Virus record (IMG/VR): IMGVR_UViG_3300011337_000122
Coordinates: 1-25,137 of that record
Source of the DNA: a virus
Lineage: Duplodnaviria; Caudoviricetes
Strand: one strand, 5' to 3'
Length of the DNA stretch: 25,137 bases
Part shown: one piece after another, positions 8,278 through 16,543 of the stretch
Layout: each line of letters opens with the position of its first letter
How positions within the stretch are numbered: position 1 is the first letter of the stretch
The notes under the pieces: generated by a model
Seen by the model: only the letters and a program-made list of their open reading frames with translations
The model's database searches: none
Told to the model about the DNA's origin: nothing
Program-made: the position numbers and the translations under genes

Positions 8278-8795
8278 CACCACTTGCCTCCTTGTGTAAA
8301 CATCCAGATGGTGCCAAAGAATATAGCCGCAGCTATAATCCCGCCTACCACAGCAAAGATCATTTCCTTCTTCTTCTCTGCCTTGCGTCTTGCTTGTTCT
8401 TCCAGCTTTTGTTTGTTGCGTCTTGCTTCGCGTATGGCTTCTTGCTCTGCCTCAATTATCTTGGCGCGCTCCATACACATCTCGTCATACAGGCCGGACT
8501 CGTTGAAGCCGTAGATCAAAGTCTCTCGTAACTCAACTTCCATGCGGATCATTTCTCGACGCATGAACACAATGTCTAGTGCCTTCTGTGTTGCTGTTCT
8601 TCCATCTTCCTCTACGGGTACGCCAGCTTGTGACTTCTGGTATGCGACTTCGATTTGGCCTTGGGCATTAAAAAAGGTGCTGAGATCCTTGTAGACCTCA
8701 CGCACCTCTTTGCCTAACTGTACAGCAGCCTTGATTCCCTTGACTGCTGCCTGTGCCCCCTCGAAGACCGCAAACAACACTGCGGCTTCAATCAT
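8277..8795 (-). CDS. Membrane-anchored coiled-coil protein (172 aa)
   Basis: Likely start MIEAAVLF at 8795 (GGAGAG RBS, just after upstream stop); hydrophobic N-terminus, charged coiled coil, C-terminal TM helix. Confidence 0.7.
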   Translation of the reverse strand: MIEAAVLFAVFEGAQAAVKGIKAAVQLGKEVREVYKDLSTFFNAQGQIEVAYQKSQAGVPVEEDGRTATQKALDIVFMRREMIRMEVELRETLIYGFNESGLYDEMCMERAKIIEAEQEAIREARRNKQKLEEQARRKAEKKKEMIFAVVGGIIAAAIFFGTIWMFTQGGKW

Positions 8796-8796
8796 T

Positions 8797-9516
8797 CTAC
8801 TCTCCGAAAGTTTTCCTCCAATGTGCAAAGTCCTGCACAAATTTGGTTTGCTTAATCCAATCGAGCAGTCGGACATCCCTGTGTTTCTCAGGATTGTAGT
8901 TCTCGCAACTGTGTGAGATCTCGTCCTTTGGAACTAGGATGTACTGCGCTATAGGCGTTCCAGCAGGTATCAACTCGATGCCTTCTTTTACATTCCATCT
9001 AAAGAATGGATTCATCGCAGCCCAGCCGTAGTTTCTGTCGAAGACCCCCGGCAGGATTTCAAACCTACTATCGTCTTGGTACGGTATGCCCATCTCAAGA
9101 AGGTAGTATCCCTTTGGTACATTCACTCGCCAACCGCTGTTGTACTTCAGTATGTGCCTCAGAGAATCCTTAGGCCAGTTGTTGAAGTTCTTGGTTAGGT
9201 TCTGCTCGTGGAAATAATCTATTGTTGGATTACCCCAATCCCAAGGAGTTCTCCATTGGAAACTTACACCATCGCCATTTGTTTCAATTGTTATATCAGA
9301 CCAAGTGCGCATCACCCAACCAGTGCGAAGCAAGTTGAATATGCCCGGGCATCTAGCCGCGTGGTTGTTGATGTTCATTTTCCAAGACGGGTCTTTGCTC
9401 TTAGAGCGAAAGTCTTCTCTGGTTCTTTCTAGCCAGCCGTATGGAATGTCCTTGGACTTTTCCATTGGGTACAGGTCTGCAACCCTATCAACTTCATTTA
9501 CAAACTTTAGATGCAC
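8797..9516 (-). CDS. Hypothetical protein with dUTPase-like beta-fold signature (239 aa)
   Basis: CPG...GW, W-x-V-x-x-PKGYYLL, ILPGVFD, IPAGTPIAQYILV echo trimeric dUTPase/dCTP deaminase scaffold motifs, but RSG and C-terminal RGxxGFGS catalytic motifs are absent. Confidence 0.55.
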   Translation of the reverse strand: MHLKFVNEVDRVADLYPMEKSKDIPYGWLERTREDFRSKSKDPSWKMNINNHAARCPGIFNLLRTGWVMRTWSDITIETNGDGVSFQWRTPWDWGNPTIDYFHEQNLTKNFNNWPKDSLRHILKYNSGWRVNVPKGYYLLEMGIPYQDDSRFEILPGVFDRNYGWAAMNPFFRWNVKEGIELIPAGTPIAQYILVPKDEISHSCENYNPEKHRDVRLLDWIKQTKFVQDFAHWRKTFGE

Positions 9517-10015
9517 AAAGCCTCCGTAATGTGTCGTAATCAGTGCGCTGGAAACTCATAGCGAGAACCCTGCGCCTAGAGCCCGGAGTCAAAGAAACAG
9601 AATGAACTTTGGTTACATCCATCAGATACATGTCACCTTCTTCAGCGGTGAACTTAGCATCAGGGAAAGATGTTACTTCTCCATTGACTTCCATGTAGTA
9701 ATTAAGTGTTGTAATTCTACCTACGTCAATGTGTGCCCCTACAATTGGATCTGTCGTATTGAGGGGAACATTCATTTCTAATATCGAAAGTTCCGGTACT
9801 TCTGTTTGTAACACACTTAATGGTAGTTGGTCAAGCAAATAATCCTTGGCTCTCCTGCCAGATATCATTAAGATATCAATTGGAATGAAGTCATGGGTCT
9901 GCTGTTGCCACCTTGAATACTTTTGCTTTGTTCTTACCGTTCTGTAAACCGGAAGGTGTACCCCATCCAACACATTAAGGTTGAGGGATATATCCAGCTT
10001 GCAGAAGTTTTCCAT
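9494..10015 (-). CDS. 2OG-Fe(II) oxygenase-like (DSBH) protein, paralog 2
   Basis: H-x-D (AHID), distal H (KVHSV), Arg ~10 residues later (RRVL); start MENF at 10015 aligns with paralog N-terminus. Confidence 0.7.
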   Translation of the reverse strand: MENFCKLDISLNLNVLDGVHLPVYRTVRTKQKYSRWQQQTHDFIPIDILMISGRRAKDYLLDQLPLSVLQTEVPELSILEMNVPLNTTDPIVGAHIDVGRITTLNYYMEVNGEVTSFPDAKFTAEEGDMYLMDVTKVHSVSLTPGSRRRVLAMSFQRTDYDTLRRLCASKVCK

Positions 10016-10529
10016 ATACTGTCTCGTATGGTGTTGTCTTAAACGTAAGTCCAAAAACCTTCCTTGGACTATCTGGTTTTAGTTTGACATCGTGCGGTTG
10101 CTTTGTATTCAGAAGATACACATCGCCGTGTTGAGCGATAAAGCTTGCCGCAACTACAAGAGATTGGTCTTGATATTCAAAAAACCTAGACTCTTGCCCG
10201 TCGCACTCAAAGTAGAAGTTGATTGTACACTCTCTATCCTTGTCAACGTGCGCAGGAAGATAGCCATCGTCTTGCATGGAAAGAACCCAGCCTTCAGGTT
10301 CCTCCATCTGCAACAGAGACGTAGGCAAAAACATTGCTGCTTTCATTACATCTTTTGTTCTTGCTTTGTAAGATGTAGCTACATGAAGTCCGTAGTTATC
10401 AAACTGTCTAGTAGCCGCAACTCCGTACTTCTGGAACTTGCTGTAAGTTTGCAGAGGTTCCAGATTGTTCGGGTCTAGCTCAACATCATTAAGAAGAGGC
10501 AGGGCTAGTTTTGTAAAGTACTGTTGCAC
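9975..10529 (-). CDS. 2OG-Fe(II) oxygenase-like (DSBH) protein, paralog 1
   Basis: H-x-D (AHVD), distal H (QPHDV), Arg (PRKV); likely GTG start at 10529 right after upstream TAA. Confidence 0.7.
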   Translation of the reverse strand: MQQYFTKLALPLLNDVELDPNNLEPLQTYSKFQKYGVAATRQFDNYGLHVATSYKARTKDVMKAAMFLPTSLLQMEEPEGWVLSMQDDGYLPAHVDKDRECTINFYFECDGQESRFFEYQDQSLVVAASFIAQHGDVYLLNTKQPHDVKLKPDSPRKVFGLTFKTTPYETVYGKLLQAGYIPQP

Positions 10530-10530
10530 A

Positions 10531-11046
10531 TTAGTCTCGCAGAACAATAAACATAGAGTCTGTATCAAATGTAACGAGCTTGCGTTCGCTCATGGTAAAT
10601 GCTCGTGGCTGGCTTCGCGTCACACCATTCAATGTGAACTGGCCATCCATAAGGAACCAACGAGCACCAGCAGCAAACTGGAACGTAGTGTCTGCGCTCA
10701 CATGATGGAAGTCAAACTCAGGTAAGCCCTCTGGGTTTGCCACCTCATTGAAGCAGAACAAAACGCTAGGGTCAACTACAGCGAGAAGGTAATCACCAGC
10801 AGACAATTTACTGTCCTTGGTGTTCCAGCCGCGCTCTTGCTCAATGACCACGCCAGTTCCGAGATTCTCATTGGTGTGCTTTCCTTGAACCATAAACCAG
10901 TGATACAGGCCAGCACCCTTAATCTTGCCATCGCTTTCCACCGTGAAGTAGTTGGATGCCATAGCCTTGTCATTAACCATCTCTCCGCGACGCATGGAGG
11001 TGCGGTCAATTTTCCAGCCGTGGCATGGATAAGTTTTGATCTCCAT
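10531..11046 (-). CDS. Hypothetical beta-rich protein, cupin-like C-terminal half (171 aa)
   Basis: Start MEIKTY at 11046 (GGAG RBS, TAATG overlap); WFLMDGQFTLNG and YHWFMVQGKHT resemble cupin strands. Confidence 0.55.
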   Translation of the reverse strand: MEIKTYPCHGWKIDRTSMRRGEMVNDKAMASNYFTVESDGKIKGAGLYHWFMVQGKHTNENLGTGVVIEQERGWNTKDSKLSAGDYLLAVVDPSVLFCFNEVANPEGLPEFDFHHVSADTTFQFAAGARWFLMDGQFTLNGVTRSQPRAFTMSERKLVTFDTDSMFIVLRD

Positions 11047-11252
11047 TATAGTGTCTCCGCTTCTTCTTCGGGGTTGCGTACTTGAACAAACTCTTGAGAG
11101 TCTGGGTAGTACACCCACGAGTCGGCCATAACATAGTCGGGGCAGTCAACCCAATACAAAGGCTCTGCAACTTCGAACGCTGAGGCGACTACCTCGGCAA
11201 CCCGAAGCGCATCACCTCTTGGTTCATTAGGGGATATAAGTGCTTTCATCAT
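11046..11252 (-). CDS. Small acidic protein after tail fibre (fibre assembly/chaperone position)
   Basis: 68 aa, AGGGG RBS, FEVAEPLYWVDCPD...WVY; synteny only. Confidence 0.6.
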   Translation of the reverse strand: MMKALISPNEPRGDALRVAEVVASAFEVAEPLYWVDCPDYVMADSWVYYPDSQEFVQVRNPEEEAETL

Positions 11253-11261
11253 TGCCCTCTA

Positions 11262-12548
11262 TTAGTAGAATTCCCATACTAGCACAAGACCATCTGCGCC
11301 AGATCCAGCGTTGTTAGTGCCGCTGATGTACCCGCCGCCGCCGCCGCCGCCATAGAGATAACCATTGCTAAGGTTGACTGCTGCCGTATTCGTGGTTCTT
11401 GCGCCGAATCCGCCAGCACCAAAAGACAGGCCGGGTACGCCGCCAGCAGTTGCAAGAGATCCAGCCGTGTCTGCCGCGCTTTGTCCTTGAATATTAACAT
11501 CACCGTTAGAGCCAGCGCCACCAGATCCACCAACAGACGATGTGGTAGCAGGTGCAGCACCGTCATACTTTTGACCACCGCCGCCGCCAGTAGCAGAGCA
11601 GTGCGAGCCAAATGAAGAAGTCCCGCCAGCGCCACCATCAGTGTTGGTTGTTCCCGTCTTGGAAGCAGTACCGCCAAGACCAACCGTAACACTCTCGGTT
11701 GAACCAAGGCTTGCTGCAAGAATCATCTTGCGAGAATAACCACCACCGCCACCACCAGCACCAGCAATGGTTGTCTTACCTTGGACTCCGCGGGTAGAAG
11801 CGCCACCACCAGCGCCGATGACTTCGACCATTACAGCTTTCAGGCCGGGGTCTTTTGTCCAAGTGCCGCTTGAGGCAAAGACAACTAGCTGCGGAGGATC
11901 TGACGTAAAGGTAATCGCGCCAGTATCTCCGTTGAAGCTAGTCACACCAGCATTGGTGATTGTCTTATTGACATTGGTTCCGCTGATGGTTATGCCAGTG
12001 CCCTGAGTCAGAGCAAGCACACCAGTGTTATCGATCTCTACGTTGCCAGCTTGACCATCACCATTGGTTACAGTGATACCATCGCCAGCAGTGATCGTGC
12101 GAGCTACCGATGTGTGGTCGCCGTTACGAACTATGAAGCCGTTGCTGTCTGGGTCTTGTGCAGCGTCCAGATTGATACGAGCATCCAGAGCGTTGTCTGC
12201 GCCAGTACCACCTTGAGCAACTGCCAAGTCAACAATGTTCTCACCCTCAGCAGCAGCAGCTAAGCCAGCAGCAGTAGGACGTAGTTCAAACTTGTCGCCG
12301 CCAACAAACGCTTGAGCCGTAGTGCCATCCTGACCACGGACAACGGTCATCACATCGCCAGAGCGGCCAGTGACCTTAACGATCTCAATGTTATTCGACG
12401 AATCGTTTAGTGTTGCATAAAAATAATCAGCGCCACCAGCGGTCGGGAATAACGAGCCAGTACCACCAGCGACAGTAATCGTGGTAGCACCGCTCGAGAT
12501 ACCTGACGCTATTGTGGTTGTGGCATTGTTAGCCCATTTAATAGCCAT
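11262..12548 (-). CDS. Tail fibre protein with glycine-rich C-terminal domain
   Basis: N-terminal EIVKVTGRSGD...RGQDGTTA fibre-anchor-type domain, AVAQGGTGA and ITAGDGITVT shaft repeats, SGTWTK...EVIGAGGG...G-x-GADGLVLVWEF Gly-rich tip. Confidence 0.85.
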   Translation of the reverse strand: MAIKWANNATTTIASGISSGATTITVAGGTGSLFPTAGGADYFYATLNDSSNNIEIVKVTGRSGDVMTVVRGQDGTTAQAFVGGDKFELRPTAAGLAAAAEGENIVDLAVAQGGTGADNALDARINLDAAQDPDSNGFIVRNGDHTSVARTITAGDGITVTNGDGQAGNVEIDNTGVLALTQGTGITISGTNVNKTITNAGVTSFNGDTGAITFTSDPPQLVVFASSGTWTKDPGLKAVMVEVIGAGGGASTRGVQGKTTIAGAGGGGGGYSRKMILAASLGSTESVTVGLGGTASKTGTTNTDGGAGGTSSFGSHCSATGGGGGQKYDGAAPATTSSVGGSGGAGSNGDVNIQGQSAADTAGSLATAGGVPGLSFGAGGFGARTTNTAAVNLSNGYLYGGGGGGGYISGTNNAGSGADGLVLVWEFY

Positions 12549-12560
12549 TCGTTTCTCCTA

Positions 12561-13028
12561 TTAGGCTACGGTTACGTCCCAAGTGATGCTCATCGCGTCA
12601 GCGGCACCTTTGTTAACCACAGCAAATGTAGTACGGCAAAGCATCACGCCAGCCACGCCATCATTGAATATGCCAGCCTCTTCGATTGCGCCAGTTGCAG
12701 TACCAGCGCCGAAGGTTGCGACGTATGTGACAACGCTACCAGTAACGGTTGTGCTGGTCAGGGCAACGCGACCAAGCTCAGAGCCTAGTGCTGCATTACC
12801 AAGAACCGGACTAGTGCCATCGTCACCGACAGCCATGTGGCTCATTGCGCCGAAGGTTGTGTCCTTCATGCGCGAGGCAATGTATTCCAGACCATCTGTA
12901 ACTACCAGATTGTCTACTACGAAGTTGTGTTTCTCTTCGCCTGTGATCGTGTCCCATACACAGATCTTCAGACGACCTTTGATATTGAGTTGTTCCTTGG
13001 CTTGCATCAGAGTCTCCTTATGGGCCAT
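12561..13028 (-). CDS. Virion structural protein (fibre-base/collar-like domain, 155 aa)
   Basis: NLVVTDG...MAVGD...LGSELGR...IEEAGIFN...MLCR...ITW pattern recalled from tail-fibre N-terminal/collar domains. Confidence 0.65.
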   Translation of the reverse strand: MAHKETLMQAKEQLNIKGRLKICVWDTITGEEKHNFVVDNLVVTDGLEYIASRMKDTTFGAMSHMAVGDDGTSPVLGNAALGSELGRVALTSTTVTGSVVTYVATFGAGTATGAIEEAGIFNDGVAGVMLCRTTFAVVNKGAADAMSITWDVTVA

Positions 13029-14034
13029 TCAAGGTAAATACATTCAGCGGGAAGCTGTTAACTAATTGTGTAGCGCCACTCACTATTACTATTGAGATGA
13101 TGCTGTCTGTTACGGTGACGCTATCCGATGCTGCTTTATAGAAATGCCAAGCAGGAGTATCAGATGGTGTTGCCGAGTCCTGCAATGATTTGCTAAACGA
13201 GTTGCTTAGCGCTTCAGTCACCGTCGCAGTATCGGTAAACAATCTGCTGTATTGCACTGTCCTAGTAAAGAAGTCGCTAGGAGTTACAGCATCAGTCAAA
13301 GGTTTGCTTACATCAATCGCCTTTGCTTCTGTGATCGACGCGCTGTCGGACAGAACCTTATCGAATACGATATTGTTCAGAGCGTCAGACGCATCAACCC
13401 CATCAGCCAGAGCCTTGGCAAAAGCCCAGAACGAATCATCGTAAGGCGACACACTATCCGTCAGCGGCTTACTCATCAAGAGAGCAGCCGCATCAGTTAG
13501 TGTTGCTTGATCTGCAAGAGCTTTGGAAAAGTCTTTGACTGTTGATTCAGTTGTAGCTACATTGTCTGTCAGCCCTTTCACAGTATTGATGAACTGGATG
13601 CTGTCAGTTGTAGTTACGCTATCCGCTAGGTTACGGATAAATATGATTGTGACAACTAGTGTTTCAGTTACGCTAACAGAATCAGTGAGACTCTTGCTTA
13701 CGTCAACCGCGGCACTATCATCTGTGCCAACACTGTCAGTCAATGCTTTAGTTACCGAGATCGCTGCTATGTCACTAGCACCAACTGTTTCTCGGAACTT
13801 CTTCCACCGTTGCAACTCATCTAGGAAAGCGGTGGCATCTGCTAGAACGTACTCGACCAGCGCCTCTGGCATAACCCTAGACACCGTAGCAGTAGCATAC
13901 CCCGCCGCCACAGCGGTTTGAACAAGAACCCTTTCAACAACTACGTTGATGGCTTCTACGGAGATACTGCTTACTACTTCAACTTCCGCTGAAAGGGCAG
14001 AGGCGAGGACGGACGAAACCGTCACTCTTGCCAT
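13018..14034 (-). CDS. Fibrous repeat protein (338 aa)
   Basis: About 13 tandem 18-20 aa repeats [KR]-x-L-x-D-x5-[DE]; S/T/V/D/A-rich. Confidence 0.7.
   Translation of the reverse strand: MARVTVSSVLASALSAEVEVVSSISVEAINVVVERVLVQTAVAAGYATATVSRVMPEALVEYVLADATAFLDELQRWKKFRETVGASDIAAISVTKALTDSVGTDDSAAVDVSKSLTDSVSVTETLVVTIIFIRNLADSVTTTDSIQFINTVKGLTDNVATTESTVKDFSKALADQATLTDAAALLMSKPLTDSVSPYDDSFWAFAKALADGVDASDALNNIVFDKVLSDSASITEAKAIDVSKPLTDAVTPSDFFTRTVQYSRLFTDTATVTEALSNSFSKSLQDSATPSDTPAWHFYKAASDSVTVTDSIISIVIVSGATQLVNSFPLNVFTLNGP
13100..13803 (-). repeat. ~13 x 18-20 aa degenerate protein repeats
   Basis: KALTDSVGTDD, KSLTDSVSVTE, RNLADSVTTTD, KGLTDNVATTE, KALADQATLTD, KPLTDSVSPYD, KVLSDSASITE, KSLQDSATPSD and others. 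Confidence 0.85.
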
Positions 14035-14035
14035 T

Positions 14036-14371
14036 TTAGAACTCCGAACGTAGTTTAAACTTTAGTAAGTCGTATACAGTCTGGATGCTACCGTCACCGA
14101 ATGTGATCTCGATCTCGCCCTCGTACTCGCCGGGTGGGCCATCAAGAGCAGTAGGATCATCCGTCCAGAAGAAAGCAACAACGCCACCTGTAGGATTTGT
14201 TACGCTGCCCGTAATAGTCGCGGTCAGAGTGGTTGCCCCAACCTGACGGAACTTCAACAGGACAGTAGCGCCACTAAGAACTATAGGGTCGCCAGTGTTT
14301 TCATCTGTCAAGGTGCAGATCAGGGTAGGACGGGTGTCGCCTTGTACCAATTTGATTTTGTCTGCTGCCAT
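14036..14371 (-). CDS. BppU N-terminal-like Ig-fold structural protein
   Basis: IKLVQGDT...P-x-x-LSGATV...G-x-Y-x-GEIEIT...G-x-IQT pattern. Confidence 0.7.
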   Translation of the reverse strand: MAADKIKLVQGDTRPTLICTLTDENTGDPIVLSGATVLLKFRQVGATTLTATITGSVTNPTGGVVAFFWTDDPTALDGPPGEYEGEIEITFGDGSIQTVYDLLKFKLRSEF

Positions 14372-15021
14372 TAGATTCTCCGTATCTTGACATGTTTGTG
14401 TGCGCGCACGAAGGACTTCAATGCCCGGTCACGCGCTACGTTCAGCCCAGCACGGTACAACGCTTCTCTAGCAACCGCCAGCTTCTCACTATAGTAAGGC
14501 TTGTCAGGAGACAGAGCTAGCCGTGCAATGGTGCCGTGGCCAATAGTCTCAGCATAGTCCTCATAGATGAAGTCATCGATTGTTTCTACATCCCTTGTAG
14601 GCTTACACGCCACACGAAGAGTTACAGCATTTGCAACTGTCGCATTAGGGTAAGGATACAAAGTGTATGTGCGTGGATCTTTTTGTGTAACTATTTTTGG
14701 GTCGCCCTTGATTGCCTCAACATCATTGATGACGCTGCTGTATACGGAGGGGTCGCCAATTTCATCGGTGCCCATTGGTTCGAGCTTCCGATTCTTGTAC
14801 CAGCCTTTTAATATTTTAACAACGATACGATTCTTTGATGGTTCAAAATCATAATCGGATATGTTTTCAATCACCGTCACCGGGTCAAGAGTCTCTTGTA
14901 AGATCAAGCTCTTCTCGCAGAAGTCGATGATCGTGCTCTTGATCTCGTGCAAAGCCATATTGACTGTGCAGCCGGGAACGTGTGGCATTACATAATCTAG
15001 GAAGTCGCTGTGGTTTTTCAT
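14371..15021 (-). CDS. Head-tail adaptor / tail tubular protein A-like
   Basis: VPGC...IDFCEKS N-terminal helices, YTLYPYP, KPTRD...YAETIGHG...L helical end; synteny after capsid genes. Confidence 0.7.
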   Translation of the reverse strand: MKNHSDFLDYVMPHVPGCTVNMALHEIKSTIIDFCEKSLILQETLDPVTVIENISDYDFEPSKNRIVVKILKGWYKNRKLEPMGTDEIGDPSVYSSVINDVEAIKGDPKIVTQKDPRTYTLYPYPNATVANAVTLRVACKPTRDVETIDDFIYEDYAETIGHGTIARLALSPDKPYYSEKLAVAREALYRAGLNVARDRALKSFVRAHKHVKIRRI

Positions 15022-15344
15022 TATGTTAGCTCCGACTTAAAGAGTTGGCGCATAGCACCCGCACGACTTTCGGCAGAGTACTCGTCATCACGCAGCTCAG
15101 CGCGGAAGACCACATAGAAGTTCAATAGGTTTTGGAACTTGAGCGGAATTGGAATCTGATCTGTTTCAACATAAGTAACATCTGCTGCTGTGTACTGGCC
15201 TAACAGGAAGTCAGGACGAAGGCGAAAGGCTTCCTGAATACCGTCATTGCAGAACTGCATCAACTGTGGAGTAGTGTACCGCGTACCGTCCACGTCGTTG
15301 AGAGTTACTCTCGCATCATCTATGACTGTCTGAAAAGTTGCCAT
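15021..15344 (-). CDS. Short adaptor-like helical protein (107 aa)
   Basis: VIDDARVTLND...RY...L-x-x-F-x-NDG...LRPD pattern resembling adaptor helical bundles lacking the beta insertion. Confidence 0.6.
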   Translation of the reverse strand: MATFQTVIDDARVTLNDVDGTRYTTPQLMQFCNDGIQEAFRLRPDFLLGQYTAADVTYVETDQIPIPLKFQNLLNFYVVFRAELRDDEYSAESRAGAMRQLFKSELT

Positions 15345-15348
15345 CTAT

Positions 15349-15612
15349 TCACCATTTAACTTTGTCTGCCCAATAGGCCGCAGACATTTTGCCTTTGGCG
15401 ATATTCTTCGCGTGACGTGCTTTGAATGCAGCTTGGCGTTTGGTTGGTTGTCTATCACCTACCACACCCTGCTGTCCAAAGCGTATTGTCTTTACTTCCT
15501 CGCCAACCTTAGCCACAACAACGTGTGACTTGGTTGGATGATCGGGTGTGCGCTTGGGTTGATTGTAACCACTGACCCCGGCGCGCTCTAGCCTAGAGTC
15601 CTTCTTCTTCAT
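15349..15612 (-). CDS. Small basic protein (87 aa)
   Basis: K/R-rich; KSHVVVAK...IRFGQQG...FKARH...SAAYWA-x-K-x-x-W pattern recalled from environmental phages; ATGA overlap. Confidence 0.75.
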   Translation of the reverse strand: MKKKDSRLERAGVSGYNQPKRTPDHPTKSHVVVAKVGEEVKTIRFGQQGVVGDRQPTKRQAAFKARHAKNIAKGKMSAAYWADKVKW

Positions 15613-15791
15613 TTTTTGAATCCCTTAAGTGTCTTTGCCAAGCGTGCTCTCTGGCCCATCTTTCCCGTAGCCTTAGCAGCCTTGTCCAACATCTTTGCTG
15701 GTATCTTCTCGCCCTCTTTGATACCCAGCGACTTCCGAAGAGAGCCCGGCTTTTTAATCGCTTTCTCAATCCATTTCTCTTTCTTTGCCAT
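15609..15791 (-). CDS. Small Lys-rich protein (60 aa)
   Basis: KWIEKAIKKPGSLRKSLG...RARLAKTLK; translationally coupled at both ends. Confidence 0.75.
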   Translation of the reverse strand: MAKKEKWIEKAIKKPGSLRKSLGIKEGEKIPAKMLDKAAKATGKMGQRARLAKTLKGFKK

Positions 15792-16144
15792 TAGAGATCC
15801 TTCGTATTCTCCGGAAACAATACATTGATATCTGGCTCAAGCTCTGGCTCTAAATCTTCAAACGAATCCATAGGCCACACGCCAGTTTCATTCTCGCCTT
15901 CAAACTTTACTAGAACGGCATTACCTCTCGGCACCCAGCAGAACCTAGTCTTGTCTCCGCCAGATGAAAAGGCATAACCATCGAAAGCTTTCATACCGCC
16001 GCACCACTTAGTACGGTCTGTGATTACAGTCCAACCGCCTACGTTGTTCTTGAAGTACTTGGCATGCACATGCTTCTCAGCATAATCGTGAGCAAAAGCA
16101 ATGGGAGCTGCCAAAAAAGCTAAAGCTAAAATGAGGCGACGCAT
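15791..16144 (-). CDS. Secreted/periplasmic protein with Sec signal peptide (117 aa)
   Basis: Likely start MRRLILALAFLAAPIAFA|HD at 16144 with TAAGGAG RBS; A-x-A cleavage site; two Cys in mature part. Confidence 0.75.
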   Translation of the reverse strand: MRRLILALAFLAAPIAFAHDYAEKHVHAKYFKNNVGGWTVITDRTKWCGGMKAFDGYAFSSGGDKTRFCWVPRGNAVLVKFEGENETGVWPMDSFEDLEPELEPDINVLFPENTKDL

Positions 16145-16191
16145 AGTGAATCTCCTTAAGTGGAGAGCAGCCCACGCCGCCCTCACACACA

Positions 16192-16479
16192 TTATGCTGC
16201 GATTGCGGATTTCTTGCTTTTGCCTAAAACAGCCTTTGCCATTTCAGCAACGCTAGGCTCCTGCTCTTCTTGCTGAGCAACGGATTCCATCTTGATTTCG
16301 TCTGGTGTTTGTTTGACACCTTTACTACCGGGCTCGCGTGTTGGGTGTTTCCACTCAACCATATCGGCGCGCTTCGCTAGGTTTTCATCCCATGCAAATA
16401 TCTGACCGCTAGTTGTTTGTTTCAATAAACGAAACTTACTACGTTGTATGTTCCGTGGTGTTGGTTGGATAGCAGACAT
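16192..16479 (-). CDS. Hypothetical protein downstream of capsid gene (95 aa)
   Basis: GAGGA RBS; short folded-looking LLKQTTSGQIFAWDENLAKRADMVE core with low-complexity tail. Confidence 0.65.
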   Translation of the reverse strand: MSAIQPTPRNIQRSKFRLLKQTTSGQIFAWDENLAKRADMVEWKHPTREPGSKGVKQTPDEIKMESVAQQEEQEPSVAEMAKAVLGKSKKSAIAA

Positions 16480-16494
16480 AAATCCTCTATAGAT

Positions 16495-16533
16495 AAAAAA
16501 TGGGAAGAGGCTCCCGTGTAAGAGCCCCCTCCC
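16495..16533 (-). terminator. Rho-independent terminator after major capsid gene
   Basis: Minus strand GGGAGGGGGCTC-TTACACGG-GAGCCTCTTCCC-A-TTTTTT: ~12-bp stem with G-U pairs plus U6. Confidence 0.85.
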
Positions 16534-16543
16534 TACCCCCTAA

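Noticed and set aside
13100-13803. CRISPR-like or DNA-level repeat array
   Set aside because: Periodicity is at protein level within an ORF; nucleotide copies are highly degenerate.
11262-14034. Diversity-generating retroelement or invertible fibre cassette
   Set aside because: No reverse transcriptase, recombinase or near-identical TR/VR pair seen in the window.
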